NCBI GenBank assembly: GCA_963804165.1 | Contig: CAWDPO010000016.1 | Span: forward strand, 96,001 to 160,000 | Length of the DNA: 64,000 nt | Direction: 5' to 3' | Source of the DNA: an uncultured delta proteobacterium | Lineage (GTDB): Bacteria; Desulfobacterota; Binatia; UBA9968 | Shown: piece by piece, positions 20,093 through 30,129 of the stretch | Layout: every line of letters begins with the position of its first letter | Numbering within the stretch: the first letter of the stretch is position 1 | The notes under the pieces: generated by a model | What the model was told of the DNA's origin: nothing | What the model saw: only the letters and a program-made list of their open reading frames with translations | Databases searched by the model: none | Program-made: the position numbers and the translations under genes

Positions 20093-21818
20093 ATGACAGT
20101 CAATGGATGGATGCAGATTTTGTTTTTCCATGGTGATTATTTTCGCCATAACGAAGCCGCTCGGCAGTTACATGTTTCGTGTCTTCGAGGGCGACCGGCA
20201 GCCGTTGCCGCGCCTGTTCGGACCCCTCGAGAGGTTGATTTACAAGCTATGCGGCGTGGATCCGAAGGAGCAGCAAGACTGGAAACAGTACGCGCTGGCG
20301 ATGCTGATCTTCAGCGCCATCACGTTGTTCGTCACCTACGCCATCGAACGATTGCAACATATGTTGCCGCTGAATCCCGCAGAACTTTGGCCCTGTCGCC
20401 GGCTGACTTGGCATTCAATACCGCTTCGAGCTTTACCACCAATACCAACTGGCAGGCCTACGGCGGCGAGTCGACGATGAGCTATCTGACACAGATGGCG
20501 GGGCTTGCTTGGCACAATTTCATCTCGGTCGCCGTTGGCATAGGCGTCATGATGGCGCTCACGCGCGGGATCACGTACCGCTCGCAAACCGGGCGCTCCG
20601 AAGACGCTCGGCAATTTTTGGGTCGATCTGGTTCGGTCAGTTCTCCGTCTTGATTCCCTTTTCCATCTCTATGGCGCTGGTGCTGGTCTCGCAGGGAGAT
20701 CATGCAAAACTTTTCATCCTATGTCGAGCTGACAACTTTGGAAGGAGTGAAGCAGACTCTGGCGATGGGGCCGATCGCTTCGCAGGACGCGATCAAACAA
20801 CTCGGCACCAACGGCGGTGGGTTTTTCAACGTCAACAGCTCTCATCCATTCGAGGGCGGTACCCCGCTGGCAAATTTGATCGAGATGGTGCTCATTCTCT
20901 CGATCCCGGCGGCGCAGACCTACATGTACGGGCTCATGGCGCGGGACACCAAGCAGGGCTGGACTCTCTTCGGAGCCATGGCGATTTTGTTTTTCATGGG
21001 CGTGACGACAGCTTATTACTTCGAGGCAAAGCCCAATCCGGTGATGCAAGGTCTGGCCGTGGATCAAACGGCCGGCAACATGGAGGGAAAGGAAGTTCGC
21101 TATCGGCGTGGCCAACTCCGTGACTTGGGCGACGGCAACCACCGACGCGTCAAACGGCTCGGTCAACTCCATGCACGATAGTTTCAATCCTATCGCTGGC
21201 CTGGTGCCCTTGTTGAACATTCAGCTCGGCGAATTAATTTTCGGCGGCGTCGGCGCCGGGCTTTACGCTATGCTGGTTTTTGTTCTTGTTTCGGTGTTTA
21301 TCGCCGGCTTGATGGTTGGGCGCACGCCTGAATATCTCGGCAAAAAAATCGAATCGCGCGAGGTCAAGCTCGCCATGCTTTACGTGCTGATCTTTCCGCT
21401 GATAATTCTTTATTTCTCCGGCTGGTCGGCAGTGGCGCCCTACGGCCTCTCTTCGCTCAACAACAATGGCCCACACGGATTGACCGAGATCTTGTACGCC
21501 TACAGTAGCGCTGCCGGTAACAACGGCTCGGCCTTTGCCGGACTCAACGCCAACACTCCCTGGTACAACGTGACACAGGGTCTCTCGATGCTCATGGGCC
21601 GCTATTTAATGATTGTTCCAGCTCTGGCCATTGCCGGCTGTATGGTTGGTAAAAAGGCTGTGCCCGAAAGCTTGGGCACTTTCCCGACAAACGGGACGCT
21701 TTTTGTGGTGCTGTTGGTGGGTGTGGTTCTTATTGTTGGGGCGTTAACTTTCTTCCCCGCACTAGCGCTCGGGCCTATTGTCGAACACTTTGTCGCCCTG
21801 GCAGGAAAGGTTTATTAA
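20093..21818 (+). CDS. kdpA: K+-transporting ATPase subunit A; multiple frameshifts
   Basis: [61 protein letters not shown] and NNGSAF, spread over successive frames. Confidence 0.93.
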
Positions 21819-21819
21819 C

Positions 21820-23877
21820 ATGGCAGACAGTCGCTTAATGGAACGATCTTTGTTCGATCCTGAAATCATGCGGCCGGCGATTTGGGAGAGCTTTCGCAAG
21901 CTCGTTCCGCAGCACGTGATCAAAAATCCCGTCATGTTCGTAGTCGAGATCGGTAGCGTGATTACGACGCTGATCTGGTTGCGCGACATGATTGCGCCCG
22001 TGCCAGGGTCTCAGCCGCTGTGGTGTACTTTCAATGTCAGTTTCTGGCTCTGGTTTACCGTGGTTTTTGCGAATTTTTCCGAGGCAGTCGCGGAAGGACG
22101 TGGTAAGGCCCAGGCGGCAACCTTGCGCAAGATGCGGCAGGAAACCACCGCTCGGCGCTTGGTCAACGGCAACCGTGAAGAAAAAGTGCCCGCGTCGGCC
22201 CTCCGCAAAGGCGATACCGTTGTCGTCGAAGCAGGGGAAGTGATTCCCGGCGACGGTGACGTGATTCAAGGCATCGCTTCGGTCGATGAGTCCGCGATCA
22301 CCGGCGAGTCGGCCCCCGTCATTCGTGAAAGCGGTGGCGATCGTTCGGCGGTAACCGGTGGCACGAAAGTGTTGTCTGACCGCATCGTCGTGCGCATCAC
22401 AGCGAGCCCTGGCGAGTCCTTTCTCGATCGCATGATCATTCTGGTCGAGGGAGCGGAACGGCAGAAGACGCCTAACGAGATCGCGCTGAATATTCTACTC
22501 GCTGGTCTTACTCTGGTTTTTCTCTTTGCGTGCGTCACTCTCGTGCCCATGGCGCTCTACTCCGGCATGACCAATGTTTCCGTAACCGTGATTGTCGCTT
22601 TGCTGGTGTGTTTGATTCCGACGACCATCGGCGGCTTGCTCTCCGCCATCGGCATTGCCGGTATCGATCGCTTGCTGCGCAAGAACGTGCTCGCGATGAG
22701 CGGGCGCGCGGTCGAAGCCGCCGGCGACGTCGATACTTTGCTTTTGGACAAGACCGGCACGATCACGCTCGGCAATCGCATGGCTACCGAATTCATTACG
22801 GTCGACGGTGTTAGTGCCGAGACTCTGGCGGACGCCGCGCAGCTTTCCAGCCTCGCCGACGAGACGCCGGAAGGCCGATCCATCGTCGTTCTCGCCAAGG
22901 AAAAATATGGACTGCGCGGGCGCGAAGTGACCGAGATCGGCGCGAAATTTATTCCGTTTAGCGCTGAAACCCGCATGAGCGGCTGTGATCTCGACGGGCG
23001 CAAGATCCGCAAAGGCGCGGTCGATGCGATCGTCGCCTACGTGCAGGAACTCGGCGGGACGGTGGGCTCGCAGGTCGAGGGCATTACCCACGGAATCTCC
23101 GATACCGGCGGCACGCCGCTGGTAGTTGCCGAGGGCAACAAGGTCCTCGGTGTGATTCATCTCAAAGATGTCGTCAAAGGCGGCATCAGCGAGCGCTTTC
23201 AGCGCTTCCGCGCCATGGGTATCCGCACGGTGATGATTACCGGCGACAATCCGCGCACCGCCGCGGCGATCGCGCGCGAAGCCGGCGTGGACGATTTCCT
23301 TGCTCAAGCAACGCCGGAAGCAAAAATGCGGCTCATCAAAGAAGAGCAGGCCAAAGGAAAACTGGTCGCGATGACCGGCGACGGCACCAACGATGCGCCG
23401 GCATTGGCGCAGGCTGATGTTGGCGTGGCGATGAACACCGGGACCCAGGCGGCCAAAGAAGCCGGCAACATGGTCGATCTCGACTCCAATCCGACCAAGC
23501 TGTTGGAAGTCGTCGAGATCGGTAAGCAGATGCTCATGACGCGCGGCGTACTCACGACGTTTTCTATCGCCAACGACGTCGCTAAGTATTTCGCGATAAT
23601 TCCGGCTATGTTCATGGGTGTTTATCCGGAGATCACGCCGCTCAACATCATGCATCTGGCATCGCCGCAGAGCGCAATTCTCTCAGCGGTTATATTTAAC
23701 GCTCTTATTATCATTTTACTTATTCCCCTCGCGCTACGGGGTGTCCAGTACCGCCCCATCGGCGCTGGACCGTTGCTGGCACGCTCTTTGTTGATTTATG
23801 GCGTCGGCGGAGTCATCGCGCCTTTTATTGGTATCAAACTGATCGATTTGGTTTTGGAAGCCGTCGGCCTTGTGTAG
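21820..23877 (+). CDS. kdpB: K+-transporting ATPase subunit B
   Basis: [46 protein letters not shown] and DVAKYFAI. Confidence 0.98.
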   Translation: MADSRLMERSLFDPEIMRPAIWESFRKLVPQHVIKNPVMFVVEIGSVITTLIWLRDMIAPVPGSQPLWCTFNVSFWLWFTVVFANFSEAVAEGRGKAQAATLRKMRQETTARRLVNGNREEKVPASALRKGDTVVVEAGEVIPGDGDVIQGIASVDESAITGESAPVIRESGGDRSAVTGGTKVLSDRIVVRITASPGESFLDRMIILVEGAERQKTPNEIALNILLAGLTLVFLFACVTLVPMALYSGMTNVSVTVIVALLVCLIPTTIGGLLSAIGIAGIDRLLRKNVLAMSGRAVEAAGDVDTLLLDKTGTITLGNRMATEFITVDGVSAETLADAAQLSSLADETPEGRSIVVLAKEKYGLRGREVTEIGAKFIPFSAETRMSGCDLDGRKIRKGAVDAIVAYVQELGGTVGSQVEGITHGISDTGGTPLVVAEGNKVLGVIHLKDVVKGGISERFQRFRAMGIRTVMITGDNPRTAAAIAREAGVDDFLAQATPEAKMRLIKEEQAKGKLVAMTGDGTNDAPALAQADVGVAMNTGTQAAKEAGNMVDLDSNPTKLLEVVEIGKQMLMTRGVLTTFSIANDVAKYFAIIPAMFMGVYPEITPLNIMHLASPQSAILSAVIFNALIIILLIPLALRGVQYRPIGAGPLLARSLLIYGVGGVIAPFIGIKLIDLVLEAVGLV

Positions 23878-23886
23878 GAGAAACCT

Positions 23887-24579
23887 ATGAAAACCTTCAT
23901 TATTGCTTTGCGCGCTACGATCGTCACTCTGGTTGTAACCGGCCTTCTCTATCCATTCGTGATGACCGGAGTCGCGCAAGTGCTTTTCCCCTGGCGCGCC
24001 AACGGGAGTTTGGTAACAGACGAGAAAGGCCAAGTCGTAGGCTCGGAGTTGATCGCTCAGGGATTCTCGAATCCCGCTTACTTTCAGCCCCGGCCGTCGG
24101 CGGCAGGCGAGAAAGGCTATGACGCAACTTCCTCTTCGGGCTCCAACCTGGGTCCGACATCGAAGAAATTGCAGGACCGTATCAACGACGATATCAAACG
24201 ACTGAAGGAAGAAAATCCGGAAGCGTCCGGCCCCATCCCAGCTGAACTTGTTACTGCGTCTGCCAGTGGATTGGACCCACATCTCTCCCCTGAAGCAATG
24301 ATATGGCAGGCGCCGCGAGTGGCGAAAACACGCGGCGTGACGGCGGAACGCGTAAAAGCCGTCGTCGATTCAAATGTCGAAGGCAGAACCTTCGGCATCC
24401 TGGGTGAACCGAGAGTTAACGTGCTGATGGTCAATCTCGCGCTTGACCGCCAGTTCGGCAAAGCGACTCCGCTCCCGCCGGCTCCCGAAAAGAAGGAAAC
24501 GAAGGAAGAGGCCAAAAAGGAAGAGGCGACTCCGGCCCAACCGACCGTTCAGGCCGCGCCGCCGCCTTCAGCAAAATAG
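23887..24579 (+). CDS. kdpC: K+-transporting ATPase subunit C with Pro/Glu/Lys-rich tail
   Basis: ANGSL, YFQPRPSA, SSGSNLGP, VTASASGLDPH and GEPRVNV. Confidence 0.96.
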   Translation: MKTFIIALRATIVTLVVTGLLYPFVMTGVAQVLFPWRANGSLVTDEKGQVVGSELIAQGFSNPAYFQPRPSAAGEKGYDATSSSGSNLGPTSKKLQDRINDDIKRLKEENPEASGPIPAELVTASASGLDPHLSPEAMIWQAPRVAKTRGVTAERVKAVVDSNVEGRTFGILGEPRVNVLMVNLALDRQFGKATPLPPAPEKKETKEEAKKEEATPAQPTVQAAPPPSAK

Positions 24580-24631
24580 CAGTTGATGGATGGCGATTCC
24601 CGAACACAAGGAAGGCAAGAAGGCTCGACCG

Positions 24632-25079
24632 GTGAAGAAAATTGAAGCGGTCATCCATCCTTTCAAGCTGGATGAAATCAAAGAAAATTCTGACGAGGTC
24701 GAAAATCCCGCGCATCACCGTCTTCGAGGTCAAAGGTGCAGGCACGCAACAGGGAAAGTCGAAAGTCTATCGCGGGGCTCCGTACATCGAAGATTCCGCC
24801 GAAATCAAAATCGAGATGGTGGTGGATGATGATGAAGCCGAGCACATCGCTGAAATGATTTTCGATACGCTTCGCACCGGAGACTTGTGTGACGGCGAGG
24901 TGACCATTGTACCAGTGGAACATTGTGTCCGCTTGCGGGCCGGTCAACGAGGGCATGGCCTGCCCAGCTGGGCGCGTGATCCTGTTTCGTCATGTCTAAT
25001 TCGGGATGGCGCCCGTCTGAAGTCCTACTTCAGGTCTCTAAGAAGAAAATTTCACGAAGCAGCTCGAGAGCATACTTAG
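24632..25079 (+). CDS. Divergent PII (GlnB/GlnK-like) protein with C-terminal extension; one frameshift at ~24685
   Basis: VKKIEAVIHPFKLDEIKE joins TVFEVKGAGTQQG..YRGAPY..KIEMVVDD..RTGDLCDGEV..VRLRAGQRG. Confidence 0.8.
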
Positions 25080-25142
25080 TTCCTTTCAAGTCGGTGTCGG
25101 CAGCAGCAGGAATTTTCGTTTGCTAATTGGCAAGGAGAGGTC

Positions 25143-26360
25143 ATGAAACAAGCATTCCTAACCGCAGTCCTTATTCTTGGGCTCTTTTTATTTGTCGGAC
25201 GGTCGGCTCACGCCGCCGAGGAAGAGAAGCCGCTTGCGCCGGGCTGGCTGAGTCTGGATTGTTGTATTGGTCCGCTGGACAACGCTATAGGCTCGGGAAA
25301 AGACTCGCTTCAGAAAGCCCTGGGGCTCAACTTCGGCGGTTATTTGGATACCAGCTACACCTGGAGTTCGAATCATCCCCGTAGTCCGAACGACATTAGC
25401 CAACGGTATTTTGATAAAGACCACAACGAAATCGTCTTTAACAACTTTCATTTATTTGTCGAAAAGCCGGAAAAGGACTGGGGCGTCGGCTTCCGCATCT
25501 CGGGCGACTTCGGGCGATCGGGCGAGCTACTGCGAGAGGCGACGCTTTGGGGCAAAGCTTTGCATAGAGAACCTTCGGCAGAATTGCGCGAAGCCTATCT
25601 GACTACGACCATTCCTGTGGGCGAAGGTATCGGTTTGAAAGGCGGTCTGTTTGTCACGACGTTGGGAACCGAGATCCTGCCGAATCCGGGCGCGTATAAC
25701 GACAATATTTCACGCTCGTATCTGTTCAACTGGGGAGTCCCATTGCGCCATTTGGGCGTCTTGGCCAACTATCAAGTCGTCAAGATGCTCAATATCAATC
25801 TCGGCGTGGTGACGGGTTGGGATGATCCTCATGATAACAATCATCAGCCCTCGTTCATGGGCGGCTTCACCCTAACCCCGACCGATACTGTAACGTTGGC
25901 GACCAACATGATTTACGGCGCGGAACAACGCAATGGTGCCCCAAAGCGTTTTACGATCTCCAATGTTCTAACGCTCAAACCGATTGATCCTCTGGCGTTG
26001 TATATCGAATACACCTACGGCCACGAAGACAGGGTTACGCCGAGCGGGCGTGATGGGGTCTGGCAGGGCCTCGCCGGTATCGCGTCTTACAACTGGACGG
26101 AGCGCTTCAATACGGCTCTGAGAGGCGAGGTCTTTAATGATCAGGACGGCGTCCGGCTTGGTGGTGAACCTTTCGGCACCCACAAGAATGCGACACTGGG
26201 AGAAGTCACGCTGACGGGTTCATACAAATTTACCAAGATGCTGCTGGGTCGCGCTGAAGTACGCCAGGATTGGGCCGATCGGAGCATGTTCAAACGCGGC
26301 AGCTCCAATGCCGACTCCAACCAGACGACCTTGGCGATGCAGTTGATCTATACTTTCTAG
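25143..26360 (+). CDS. Outer membrane beta-barrel / putative porin (DUF1597/BBP2-like)
   Basis: Signal peptide AHA; GGYLDTSY, ELREAYL, GLFVTTLGTE and NDNISRSYLF; C-terminal YTF. Confidence 0.85.
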   Translation: MKQAFLTAVLILGLFLFVGRSAHAAEEEKPLAPGWLSLDCCIGPLDNAIGSGKDSLQKALGLNFGGYLDTSYTWSSNHPRSPNDISQRYFDKDHNEIVFNNFHLFVEKPEKDWGVGFRISGDFGRSGELLREATLWGKALHREPSAELREAYLTTTIPVGEGIGLKGGLFVTTLGTEILPNPGAYNDNISRSYLFNWGVPLRHLGVLANYQVVKMLNINLGVVTGWDDPHDNNHQPSFMGGFTLTPTDTVTLATNMIYGAEQRNGAPKRFTISNVLTLKPIDPLALYIEYTYGHEDRVTPSGRDGVWQGLAGIASYNWTERFNTALRGEVFNDQDGVRLGGEPFGTHKNATLGEVTLTGSYKFTKMLLGRAEVRQDWADRSMFKRGSSNADSNQTTLAMQLIYTF

Positions 26361-26375
26361 CTAAGGGATTGATGA

Positions 26376-26462
26376 GGTGCCCTGGCCGATGGGAAGTTCT
26401 CCGGCCGACGTGGCGAAGATGTGATTCGCACTCGGACCGGCGAGAAAAATGCGGAAGCGCTC
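26376..26462 (+). pseudogene. C-terminal relic of a second PII gene
   Basis: Translates as GALADGKFSGRRGEDVIRTRTGEKNAEAL, matching the PII C-terminus (GxIGDGKIF...EDVIRIRTGE..EAL). No start codon or N-terminal half. Confidence 0.6.
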
Positions 26463-26712
26463 TGGGACTATGACCTGAGCGCACCAGTTTACCATCGATA
26501 GGGATGCGGACGTGTGCTCATAGCCGAAGTCATTTCACAACGTAAACCTAAGCGATGCGTTGCTAGACAAAGAGGGGCTTGGGCTCCGTAGGCACGCCTA
26601 GCGCGCCGCATCGCTGGCAAATTTCAGCGCGGCGATCTATCCTTTTCGCTAACGTCGCGGTTAGCGCTTTTTTTGGACCTGCCGCTCTATTTTTCGGGGT
26701 CTCCAAGCATCC

Positions 26713-26943
26713 ATGGATCGACTCACGGTTTTCGGCTTGTTCGCGGTGACGTCAATGCTGATATGCTATGCTTTCGAGCACCATAGCCATTGGCTTGTCT
26801 TCGGGTTCGCCGTGTCTTGCGCCCTGGCATCCATCTATGGATTTCTCCAGGGCGCATGGCCCTTTGGCGTCGTAGAGGGGATCTGGTGTATGGTCGCGCT
26901 GCGCCGCTGGCGCAAACGACAACCCGGGGTGTCCGTGTCGTAA
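26713..26943 (+). CDS. Small conserved-looking membrane protein (76 aa)
   Basis: Hydrophobic segments and YGFLQGAWPFGVVEGIW; directly upstream of the KdpD-domain gene. Confidence 0.75.
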   Translation: MDRLTVFGLFAVTSMLICYAFEHHSHWLVFGFAVSCALASIYGFLQGAWPFGVVEGIWCMVALRRWRKRQPGVSVS

Positions 26944-26966
26944 ACAATGTAAATCCAATCAAAGTT

Positions 26967-28151
26967 ATGCCGCCAGAAGGACAAGAAACATCGACAGGTT
27001 CCGCGCGCAAGCGCCCGGAAGATTTCCTCGAGCTGGTAGAGCGTGCCAAGCGTGGCCGCCTCAAGGTCTACATCGGCGCAGCAGCCGGCGTCGGCAAGAC
27101 CTTTCAGATGCTCGAGGAAGCTCACCTGCTCAAAAAGCGCGGCGTCGACGTGGTGTTGGCGTTCATCGAGCCGCACGACCGGCTCGATACCGCGGCGCTG
27201 ATCGAAGGGCTCGAGGTGGTGCCGCGCCGGCGCGTCGATTATCGCGGTGTGGTTGTCGAGGAGATGGATCTCGACGCGGTTCTCAAGCGCCATCCCCAGG
27301 TTGCCATCGTCGATGAGCTGGCGCATACCAACGCGCCGTTTTGCAAAAACAAGAAGCGCTATCAGGACGTTTTGGAACTGCTCGAAGCCGGCATCAATGT
27401 GATTTGCGCTTTCAACGTGCAGCATCTCGAAAGCCTAAACGACATGGTCAAACAGGCGACCGGCGTGGTCGTTCGCGAGACCGTACCGGATTCGATCCTG
27501 AAGCGTGCCGATCAGGTTGTCGACATCGATCTGGCGGTCGAAGATCTCATCGATCGCCTTAAAGCGGGCAAGATTTATGCGCCCGATAAGGTTGGGTGGG
27601 CGCTTGAGAATTTTTTCCTCCCAGAAAAACTTGCGGTGTTGCGTGAAATTGCCCTGCGGGAGGTGGCGGAAAGCGTCGACCGCACGGTGGCGGCCAAGGC
27701 CGGCAACGCTGACGCCGGTCGCAGGTCGGCGGCGAGCGAACGCGTAATGGTTTGTCTACCCACCCGGCCGCCGCCCCACGGTGCCATGCTACTTAGACAG
27801 GGCTCGCGCTTGGCGGGCCGTTTAAACACCGACTGGTTTGTTGTGCATGTCGAGACCAAAAGCGAAGCGGGTCACCGCATCGACGCGACGCTGCAGCGGC
27901 ACCTTCTGGACGATGAACAAAGAGCGCGAGATTTGGGGGCAGAAGTCGTCCGCCTGCGCTCGGAAAAACCAGTCGACGCGCTGCTCGAATTTGGCCGTCA
28001 TCATGGCGTTCGCCATATCGTTGTTGGGCGATCGCACAAACCCTGGTGGCGTCGTATGTTAGGTCAATCGCCGGTTTTCAAACTGGTCACCGAAGCGGCT
28101 GGATTCGATCTCCACATCGTGTCGTTGGAAGATCGGGGGGCAAGTGAATGA
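26967..28151 (+). CDS. kdpD: Stand-alone KdpD N-terminal domain plus USP domain (no TM, GAF or His-kinase part)
   Basis: RGRLKVYIGAAAGVGKT (Walker A), IVDELAHTN, KRYQDV, NVQHLESLND, RETVPD and LREIALR; USP region ERVMVC...HIVVGRS. Confidence 0.9.
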   Translation: MPPEGQETSTGSARKRPEDFLELVERAKRGRLKVYIGAAAGVGKTFQMLEEAHLLKKRGVDVVLAFIEPHDRLDTAALIEGLEVVPRRRVDYRGVVVEEMDLDAVLKRHPQVAIVDELAHTNAPFCKNKKRYQDVLELLEAGINVICAFNVQHLESLNDMVKQATGVVVRETVPDSILKRADQVVDIDLAVEDLIDRLKAGKIYAPDKVGWALENFFLPEKLAVLREIALREVAESVDRTVAAKAGNADAGRRSAASERVMVCLPTRPPPHGAMLLRQGSRLAGRLNTDWFVVHVETKSEAGHRIDATLQRHLLDDEQRARDLGAEVVRLRSEKPVDALLEFGRHHGVRHIVVGRSHKPWWRRMLGQSPVFKLVTEAAGFDLHIVSLEDRGASE

Positions 28152-29986
28152 ATCTCTATAGAAAATTATTGCTGGCCCAAGCGCCGATCGCCATCGCCCT
28201 AGCGATCGTCGGCATCTTTTCGGCAATTGTGGTGTCCTACCTCGGCTCTCATTCGCAAACCATTTTGAAAGACAATTATCGGAGCGTGCTGGCAGCGCAG
28301 CGGATGAAAGAAACGAGCGAGCGCATGGACAGCGGTGCGCTGTTTATTGTTGCGGGCGAGCGTCAAAAAGGGCTTGAGCAGGCGGAAAAAAATCGCCCGA
28401 TCTTCGAAGCCGAGCTGAAAGTGCAGGAGGGAGATGTCGCGGAGTCGGGCGAGAAGGAGTTTACCGAGGGATTGCGCGCGGCGTGGACCGATTATCAGGC
28501 TAAATTCGCCAAGCTTGAAAAAAGCACCAGCGCGGAAGAAGCGAAGCAACTCTATTTTGCCGAGCTGGAATCGGCCTTTAATAAAGTGAAATCGGCCGCC
28601 GACGAAATCCTGGCGATCAATCAAGACACCATGGTGCGTAAAAGCGACGACGTGCGGCGCACGGCAGAGCGCATGAATGCGATCACCATGACGGTGGCAC
28701 TGACGGCACTAGCGCTAGGTCTCTTCGTCTCGACGTTTCTTACCCGGCGGCTGCTCCAGCCGGTCTCGGCGCTCAGCGAGGCGACGCGCAAAATCGGCGA
28801 GGGCAATTTCGACACGCGCGCCCACGTGCGCGGCAACGACGAGCTGGCGCAGTTGGCACGGGACTTTAATGCGATGGCCGCGCGCTTGGCGGAATACCGC
28901 AAAAGCTCGCTCGGCGACTTGCTCCAGGCGCATTTGAGCATGCAGGCGGCGATCGACAGCCTGCCCGACCCGGTCGCGATTTTTAATATTGACGGCAATC
29001 TCCAGAACGTCAACCATGCGGCGGAAACGCTCATCGGACTGAGAACCGACGGTGGCGTGAAAGAGCCGTTCAAAACTGTCGATGCGGCGACGCGAGCCAT
29101 TCTCGAGCGCATGCGTAGCCACGTGCTCTCGGGCAAAGGCGCGTTTAACCCGAGAGGGTTCGAAGACGCGGTCCAGCTCCCGACTCTGTTGGGCGACCGG
29201 TATTTCCTGCCGCGTGCCACGCCGGTCTATGAAGCGCGCGGCGTGATCATCGGCGCCACTGTGATCTTGCAGGACGTCACCCGGTTGCGCCGCTTCGAAG
29301 AATTGAAAAACGACGTCGTGGCAACCGTCGCGCACGAGTTCCGCACTCCGCTCACGTCTTTGCGCATGGCGGTGCACCTGTGCGCCGAACAGGTCGCCGG
29401 TCCGCTCACGGAAAAGCAAGCCGAACTGATGCACGCGGCGCGCGAAGATTGCGACCGGTTGCAGGCCATGGTCGACGATCTTTTGGATTTGTCGCGAATC
29501 GAATCCGGTCGGGTGGAGATCTATCCGCTACCGACGCCAATCGGAGTGCTCGCCGACACCGTCGTCGAACAATTCAAAACTGAAGCCGAGGCCAAAGGCG
29601 TGCGCCTGAGCACGGAGATCGCAATTCCGGAAGTCAAAGTACTGGCGGATCACGAGCGCGTGGGCCATGTATTTGCCAATCTTGTCGGCAACGCGTTACG
29701 CCACACCCAGCGGGATGGCTCGGTAATCCTGGGTGCGAGCGTCAGTAACGGCGCGGTGCGTTTCACGGTGACGGACACGGGCAAAGGAATTCCAAGGGAA
29801 TACCAGGAGCGAATTTTTGAAAAGTTTTTCCAAGTCCCTGAGAGTGGACCGAAGGGAACCGGTCTGGGTCTTTATATCGCCAAGGAGATCGTGCGCGGTC
29901 ATGGTGGCGACATCGGTGTCGAAAGCGAAGTAGGAAAAGGGAGCATGTTTTGGTTCACGCTGCCGACCAAAGCAAAGACTGTCTAG
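28148..29986 (+). CDS. Sensor histidine kinase (periplasmic four-helix bundle, HAMP, PAS, HisKA, HATPase; KinB-like architecture)
   Basis: DNYRSV, DELAQLARDFN, VAHEFRTPLT, NLVGNA, DTGKGI and GTGLGL; ATGA overlap with the kdpD-domain gene. Confidence 0.93.
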   Translation: MNLYRKLLLAQAPIAIALAIVGIFSAIVVSYLGSHSQTILKDNYRSVLAAQRMKETSERMDSGALFIVAGERQKGLEQAEKNRPIFEAELKVQEGDVAESGEKEFTEGLRAAWTDYQAKFAKLEKSTSAEEAKQLYFAELESAFNKVKSAADEILAINQDTMVRKSDDVRRTAERMNAITMTVALTALALGLFVSTFLTRRLLQPVSALSEATRKIGEGNFDTRAHVRGNDELAQLARDFNAMAARLAEYRKSSLGDLLQAHLSMQAAIDSLPDPVAIFNIDGNLQNVNHAAETLIGLRTDGGVKEPFKTVDAATRAILERMRSHVLSGKGAFNPRGFEDAVQLPTLLGDRYFLPRATPVYEARGVIIGATVILQDVTRLRRFEELKNDVVATVAHEFRTPLTSLRMAVHLCAEQVAGPLTEKQAELMHAAREDCDRLQAMVDDLLDLSRIESGRVEIYPLPTPIGVLADTVVEQFKTEAEAKGVRLSTEIAIPEVKVLADHERVGHVFANLVGNALRHTQRDGSVILGASVSNGAVRFTVTDTGKGIPREYQERIFEKFFQVPESGPKGTGLGLYIAKEIVRGHGGDIGVESEVGKGSMFWFTLPTKAKTV

Positions 29987-30055
29987 AACTGGGCCACAAG
30001 ACCGCGGCGATCACAAACAACAAATAAAAGAAATTTCGCGAGACAAAGATAGAAA

Positions 30056-30083
30056 CTCTCGTTACCGCCAGAGTAACCGAGAG
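30056..30083. terminator. Hairpin between convergent genes
   Basis: CTCTCGTTAC...GTAACCGAGAG stem; no clear U-tract. Confidence 0.3.
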
Positions 30084-30129
30084 CTTAAATAGAGTTGTGT
30101 ACGTAGGTGAGACAGATTGGAATGTCCCA

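Noticed and set aside
20093-21818. kdpA as a pseudogene or programmed frameshift
   Set aside because: Several scattered single-base indels with all motifs intact and intact kdpB/kdpC are better explained by consensus errors. No slippery site with a stimulatory structure was identified.
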